Shown: positions 59,157 through 64,000 of the stretch, piece after piece
Layout of the letters: each line of letters begins with the position of its first letter
Numbering within the stretch: position 1 is the first letter of the stretch
From: an uncultured Planctomycetota bacterium
GTDB lineage: Bacteria > Planctomycetota > Planctomycetia > Isosphaerales > Isosphaeraceae
Assembly: GCA_963737655.1 (NCBI GenBank)
Contig: CAVTTN010000002.1
Location: forward strand, 672,001 to 736,000
Length of the DNA stretch: 64,000 nt
Reading direction: 5' to 3'
Notes under the pieces: model-generated
The model's input: only the letters and a program-made list of their open reading frames with translations
Database searches by the model: none
What the model was told of the DNA's origin: nothing
Position numbers and translations under genes: made by a program

Positions 59157-61308
59157 ATGAGCCTTTGCCCCCCCGAAGACCGGCTCCTGTCCCTCGTCGA
59201 GGGCACCCTGCCCGAGGCGGAATGGCCGGGCCTGGCGGGGCACGTCCAGGGCTGCCCGGGATGCCAGAGGGCCCTGGAGGTGCTGACCGACGCCCCGAGC
59301 CTCCTGGGGAAGAGGCCGACCGAGACGCCCCTCCTCTCCTGGCCGGTCCCGCCCGGCCCCGACGATCCCCCCTCCGATCCGGGAGACGACGACGAGTTCG
59401 ACGACGCCGACCCGGCCTCCCGGTTCCCCTTCCTGGGGCCGCCGACCCGGGCCGGGGCCCTGGGCCGGCTCGGCCACTTCGAGGTCCTCGAATTCCTGGG
59501 CCGGGGCGGGTTCGGGATCGTCTTCCGGGCGTTCGACGACGCCCTCCACCGGGACGTCGCCCTGAAGGTCCTCGCCCCGGAGCTGGCGGCCTCGCCCTCG
59601 GCCCGCCGGAGGTTCCTCCGCGAGGCCCGGTCGGCCGCCTCGGTCCGTCACGAGAACGTGGTGCAGGTCCACGCCGTCGAGGAGAGGCCGGTCCCGTTCC
59701 TCGTGATGGAGTACGTCCGGGGCGAGACCCTGGCGCGGAGGATCTCCCGCGACGGCCCCCTGGGCGCCCCGGACGTGGCCCGGCTCGGGCGGCAGATCGC
59801 CCGGGCCCTGGCGGCGGCCCACGCCAGCGGCCTGGTCCATCGCGACGTCAAGCCCGCCAACATCCTGATCGAAGAGGGGCCCGACGGCGCGCCCGGCTGA
59901 CGGACTTCGGCCTGTCGAGGACGGCCGACGACCCCGGCTCCTCGCGGAGCGGCCTGCTCGCCGGGACCCCCGCCTTCATGGCCCCCGAGCAGGCCCGGGG
60001 CGAGCCGGTCGATCGCCGGTCCGACCTCTTCAGCCTGGGCGGCGTCCTGTATGCCATGGCCACGGGCCGGCCCCCGTTCCCGGCCGCCGGCGTCCTGGCG
60101 GTCTTGAAGAAGATCGCCGAGGAGGCCCCGAGGCCGATCCGGGAGGCCAACCCCGAGGCGCCCCGGTGGCTCGTCCTCCTGGTCGGCCGGCTCCTGGAGA
60201 AGGCGCCGGACGACCGGTTCCCGGGGGCGGACGAGGTCGCCGACCTCCTGGAACAGGCCGAGGCCGGTCGTCGCCCCGCGATCCCTCGCCCGAAGCGGCC
60301 GGGCCGATGGACGCGGAGGGCCGCGATGGCCGCCCTGGCGACGGCCGCCACCTGGGCGCCTCCTCCCGGCTCCGGCCCGCCCGATCGCCCGACCGGGGGC
60401 CGATCCTGCCTCATGAGGGCGTCATCAACGGGATCGACTTCCAACCGGGCGGGGCGATCCTGGCCACCTTCGTGGACCGGCGACGCTCGGTCCGGCTCTG
60501 GGACCTCTCGACCCGGCAGGTCCGGGCCACCCTCGACGGGCCGACCGAGGTCCGCGACGTCCGGTTCAGCCCCGACGGCGCCACCCTGGCGATCGCCGGC
60601 GCCGACGGGACGGCCCGGCTCTGGGACGTCGCCTCCGGCCGGGCGTTCCGCACCTTCCGGGGCCACTCGCTGTGGCTCCGCTGCGTCCGCTTCAGCCCGG
60701 GGGGCGACCGGCTCGTGACCGCGTCCCAGGACCGGACCGTCCGGATCTGGGACGTGGCCCGGGAGGAGGCCATCCGGGTGTTGGAGGGGCACACCGCCGA
60801 GGTCCCTTACGCCGAGTTCAGCCCGGACGGCTCGCGAGTGGTGTCGGCCGGCTGCGACGGCTCGATCCGCGTCTGGGACGCCTCGACCGGGGAGCCGGTC
60901 GCCGCCGTCTCGCCCCCCTTCGGGACCCTTTATATTTCCGACTCTCGCTTCACTTCCGACTCCCGGCGGATCGTCGCCACCGCGCGCGACGACCCGCGCC
61001 TCGGCCTCTGGAGGCCGGGCCCCGATTCCCCCGTCACCTTCCTCAGGCTCCCCATCGGGGACGTGCAATGCGTGGCCCCCGGCCCCGGCCCCGGCCTCGC
61101 GGCCTGCTGCGGGGCCCACGCCCTCCCGGACCGATTCGCCGCGGGCCTCTTCCGGCTCGAGACCGGGGAGCAGGTCGCCTCCTACGCCCACCCCGGGACC
61201 GTCCACGAGGTCGCCTTCAGCGACGACGGGCGAATCCTCGCCACGGCCGGCGAGGACCGGACCGTCCGCCTCTGGGACCCGCGAACCGGCTCGGCCCTTT
61301 CCTCCTGA
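59157..61308 (+). CDS. Ser/Thr protein kinase with N-terminal zf-HC2-like motif and C-terminal WD40 repeats (two apparent frameshifts)
   Basis: H..GC.GC; GRGGFG; VALK; HRDVKPANIL, then LTDFG...GTPAFMAPEQ, then WD repeats (RLWD, GH...). Confidence 0.88.
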
Positions 61309-61394
61309 CCCGCCCGACTGCCATCGATTTGGAGACGACCGCCCGGTTCAGGTCAACGACGGTCCGGATTGCCTCCGGCCCACGGGCGTGGCTC

Positions 61395-61985
61395 TCACCC
61401 CTCGGGCGTGTCGAGCAGGTGTTGCAGGCGGGCGCCCAGCTCGGGCGGGAACCGGGCCGGCCAGGTGGCGTCGATCAAGCCGACCTCGAGGAAGTCGCGG
61501 AGGTGCGTCCGGTCCTTGTCGCGGTAGGATGTCAGCTTCATCAGGACGAGCGATTCCAGGGGCACGACCCGGTAGCCGCCCGGGGCCTCGGTGACCTCCA
61601 GGTCGGGGGACGGGGCGAGGGCGTCGGGTCGGACCTTCTCTCCGGCGAAGAGGATGTGGACGGCGTCCCGGGCCTTCGCCCCGGGGCCATCCAAAAACAT
61701 GTCGATGCTCTTGACGTGGCGGTAGACGAAGCCGGCCCCGGACAGGGCGGCCTTGGCGGCCTCCAGGTCGGGGCGGCGGAGGAGGATATCGACGTCCTGA
61801 GTGGACCGGACCGCCGCGCGATCGACCGTCGCGACCCAGGCCCCCACCGCGTTGCCGCCGATCACAGCATAGGGGATGCCGTGGGACTCCAGGGCCGTCG
61901 CGGCGCGGCGCAGACGATCTCGGACCGCTTCCACGGCATCCACCATCCTGTCGAGGATCTCGTCCCCGATGACGAGGTCTTGCAT
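61395..61985 (-). CDS. Nucleotidyltransferase-fold protein
   Basis: IPYAVIGGNAV...RSTQDVDIL...MKL...RDKD..HL. Confidence 0.75.
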   Translation of the reverse strand: MQDLVIGDEILDRMVDAVEAVRDRLRRAATALESHGIPYAVIGGNAVGAWVATVDRAAVRSTQDVDILLRRPDLEAAKAALSGAGFVYRHVKSIDMFLDGPGAKARDAVHILFAGEKVRPDALAPSPDLEVTEAPGGYRVVPLESLVLMKLTSYRDKDRTHLRDFLEVGLIDATWPARFPPELGARLQHLLDTPEG

Positions 61986-62056
61986 GGGAATGCCTCCGCC
62001 CAGGAGGGAGAGGGGTGCCCCGCACGGTCCGTGTTCCGGGGCACGCATGGAAGTGT

Positions 62057-62095
62057 GCGGCCCGGGGCGCTTCGCGGCGAAGCGCCCGGGGCCGC
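62057..62095 (-). terminator. GC-rich hairpin immediately after ppdK
   Basis: GCGGCCCGGGGCGCTTCGC-G-GCGAAGCGCCCGGGGCCGC. Confidence 0.5.
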
Positions 62096-62101
62096 GATCG
62101 A

Positions 62102-64000
62102 TCACTTGTCGCGTGACGTCTTCTCGCCGCCGGCGAGGGCGGCCTGGGCGGCGGCGAGACGGGCGATGGGGACGCGGAACGGGGAGCAGGAGACGTAGTC
62201 CATCCCCACCTTGTGGCAGAAGGCCACGCTGTCCGGGTCTCCTCCGTGCTCCCCGCAGATCCCCACCTTCAGGTGCTCGCCGGTCTTCTCCTTGCGGGAC
62301 TTCCGGCCCTTCTGGATGCCCATCTCCACGAGCTGTCCCACGCCGCTCGCGTCGAGCGTCTGGAACGGGTCCACCGGGAGGATCTTGGCCTCGATGTACG
62401 AGCCCATGAACGAGGTGATGTCGTCCCGGGAGAAGCCGAAGGTCATCTGCGTGAGGTCGTTGGTGCCGAAGGAGAAGAACTCCGCCTCCTCGGCGATCCG
62501 GTCGGCCGTGAGCGCGGCGCGAGGGACCTCGATCATCGTGCCGACGAGGTATTCGACCTTCGTCCCGGCCTTCTGCATGACCTCCTCGGCCACGCTGACC
62601 GCCCTCTTCCTCAGGAAGGCGAGCTCCTCGACCGTCCCCACCAGCGGGATCATGATCTCGGGGAGGACGTCGATGCCTTGCTTCTTCACGTCGATGGCCG
62701 CCTCGATGATCGCTCGGACCTGCATGTCGCCGATCTCCGGGAACTTGATCGCCAGGCGGCAGCCGCGGAGGCCCAGCATCGGGTTGGCCTCGTGGAGCGA
62801 ATCGACCCGCTCCTTGACCTTCTTCACCGGGATGCCCAGCTGCTCGGCGACCTCGGTCTGCCCCTTCTCGTCGTGGGGGAGGAACTCGTGCAAGGGCGGG
62901 TCGAGGAGGCGGATCGTGACCGGGAGGCCGGCCATCGCCTGGAAGATGCCGACGAAATCGGCCTTCTGGTACGGCTCGAGGGCGGCGAGCGCCGTCTTCC
63001 GGCCCGCCTCGTCGTCGGCGAGGATCATCTTGCGCATGTCGATGATCCGCTGCCCCTCGAAGAACATGTGCTCGGTCCGGCAGAGGCCGATGCCCTCGGC
63101 GCCGAACTCGCGGGCCTTCTGCGCGTCCTTCGGGGCGTCGGCGTTGGTGCGGACCTTCAGGGTGCGGACCTTGTCGGCCCAGCCCATCAGGGTGGCGAAG
63201 TCGCCGGACATGGTGGCCTCGACCGTCGGCACCTGGCCGATCATGACGTCGCCGGTGGTGCCGTTGATCGTCAGGTAGTCGCCGACCTTCACCGTGTGGC
63301 CGGCGATGGTGATCTGCCCGGCCTTCTCGTCGATCTGGATCGCGGCGCAGCCGACGACGCACGGCTTGCCCCAGCCTCGGGCGACGACGGCCGCATGGCT
63401 CGCCTTGCCGCCGGTGGCCGTGAGGATGCCCTTGGCCAGGTGCATCCCGGCGACGTCCTCCGGGCTGGTCTCCTTGCGGACGAGCATGATCGGCTGGCCG
63501 GGGTGGGCCTCGGCGTGGGCCACGGCGGCCTCGGCCGACAGCACGACCTTGCCGCTGGCCGCGCCGGGGCTGGCCGCGATCCCCTGGGCCACCGGCGTCA
63601 CCTTGGCCTTGGGGTCGAGCTGGGGCAGGAGGAGGTGGTTCAGCGCGTCGGGATTGACCCGCTTGATGGCCGTCTTCTCGTCGATCAGCCCTTCCTTGAC
63701 CATCTCCACGGCGATGGCGACGGCCGAGGTCCCGGTCCTCTTGCCGGTCCGGGTCTGGAGCATGTACAGGGTGCCTTCCTGCACCGTGAACTCGATGTCC
63801 TGCATCTCCTTGTAGTGGGATTCCAGCTTCTCGCGGATCCCCATGAGCTGCTTGTAGACCACCGGCATGTCCTGGTCGAGCCGGGCGATCGGCTCGGGCG
63901 TGCGGATGCCGGCGACGACGTCCTCGCCCTGGGCGTTGATCAGGTAATCGCCGTAGAACACGTTCTCGCCGGTGTTCGGGTCGCGGGTGAACGCCACGCC
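62102..64000 (-). CDS. ppdK: Pyruvate, phosphate dikinase (5' truncated by window edge)
   Basis: [17 protein letters not shown] phospho-His motif; [28 protein letters not shown]. Confidence 0.97.
   Translation of the reverse strand, partial: GVAFTRDPNTGENVFYGDYLINAQGEDVVAGIRTPEPIARLDQDMPVVYKQLMGIREKLESHYKEMQDIEFTVQEGTLYMLQTRTGKRTGTSAVAIAVEMVKEGLIDEKTAIKRVNPDALNHLLLPQLDPKAKVTPVAQGIAASPGAASGKVVLSAEAAVAHAEAHPGQPIMLVRKETSPEDVAGMHLAKGILTATGGKASHAAVVARGWGKPCVVGCAAIQIDEKAGQITIAGHTVKVGDYLTINGTTGDVMIGQVPTVEATMSGDFATLMGWADKVRTLKVRTNADAPKDAQKAREFGAEGIGLCRTEHMFFEGQRIIDMRKMILADDEAGRKTALAALEPYQKADFVGIFQAMAGLPVTIRLLDPPLHEFLPHDEKGQTEVAEQLGIPVKKVKERVDSLHEANPMLGLRGCRLAIKFPEIGDMQVRAIIEAAIDVKKQGIDVLPEIMIPLVGTVEELAFLRKRAVSVAEEVMQKAGTKVEYLVGTMIEVPRAALTADRIAEEAEFFSFGTNDLTQMTFGFSRDDITSFMGSYIEAKILPVDPFQTLDASGVGQLVEMGIQKGRKSRKEKTGEHLKVGICGEHGGDPDSVAFCHKVGMDYVSCSPFRVPIARLAAAQAALAGGEKTSRDK

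Noticed and set aside
59157..61308. Programmed frameshifting or phase variation in the kinase and other split genes
   Set aside because: Too many unrelated genes are affected; assembly error is more parsimonious
61395..63362. 655-aa ORF overlapping ppdK
   Set aside because: Only the last ~196 aa (from ATG 61985) look like a real protein; the rest is an alternate frame of ppdK

Overview
GC-rich planctomycete (Isosphaeraceae-like) chromosomal window, judged from the LE.R.LL export motifs, the DUF1559 prepilin, the PEP-CTERM protein and the ECF sigma/Ser-Thr kinase pair. It carries housekeeping and stress genes (alkA-like, mrp, cbpA/cbpM-like, rnpA, yidD, msrB, Fur family, ppdK) and a ~22 kb type IV pilus/T2SS-like cluster (two PilB, PilT, PilC, five giant prepilins, a 1839-aa PilX/K-like protein and a DUF1559 protein). 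The best lead is a retron-like locus on the minus strand. It comprises a near-consensus sigma70 promoter (TTGACA-17-TATGTT), a ~170-nt msr/msd-like RNA bounded by a1/a2 inverted repeats, a YADD reverse transcriptase with atypical signature motifs, and a closely coupled membrane protein that may be an uncharacterised effector. Also notable are a solitary attC-like site behind an orphan immunity-like gene, several REP/MITE-like repeat families and orphan enzyme genes. At least ten apparent small frameshifts, mostly in G/C runs and including rnpA, suggest sequencing or assembly indels rather than real pseudogenes.
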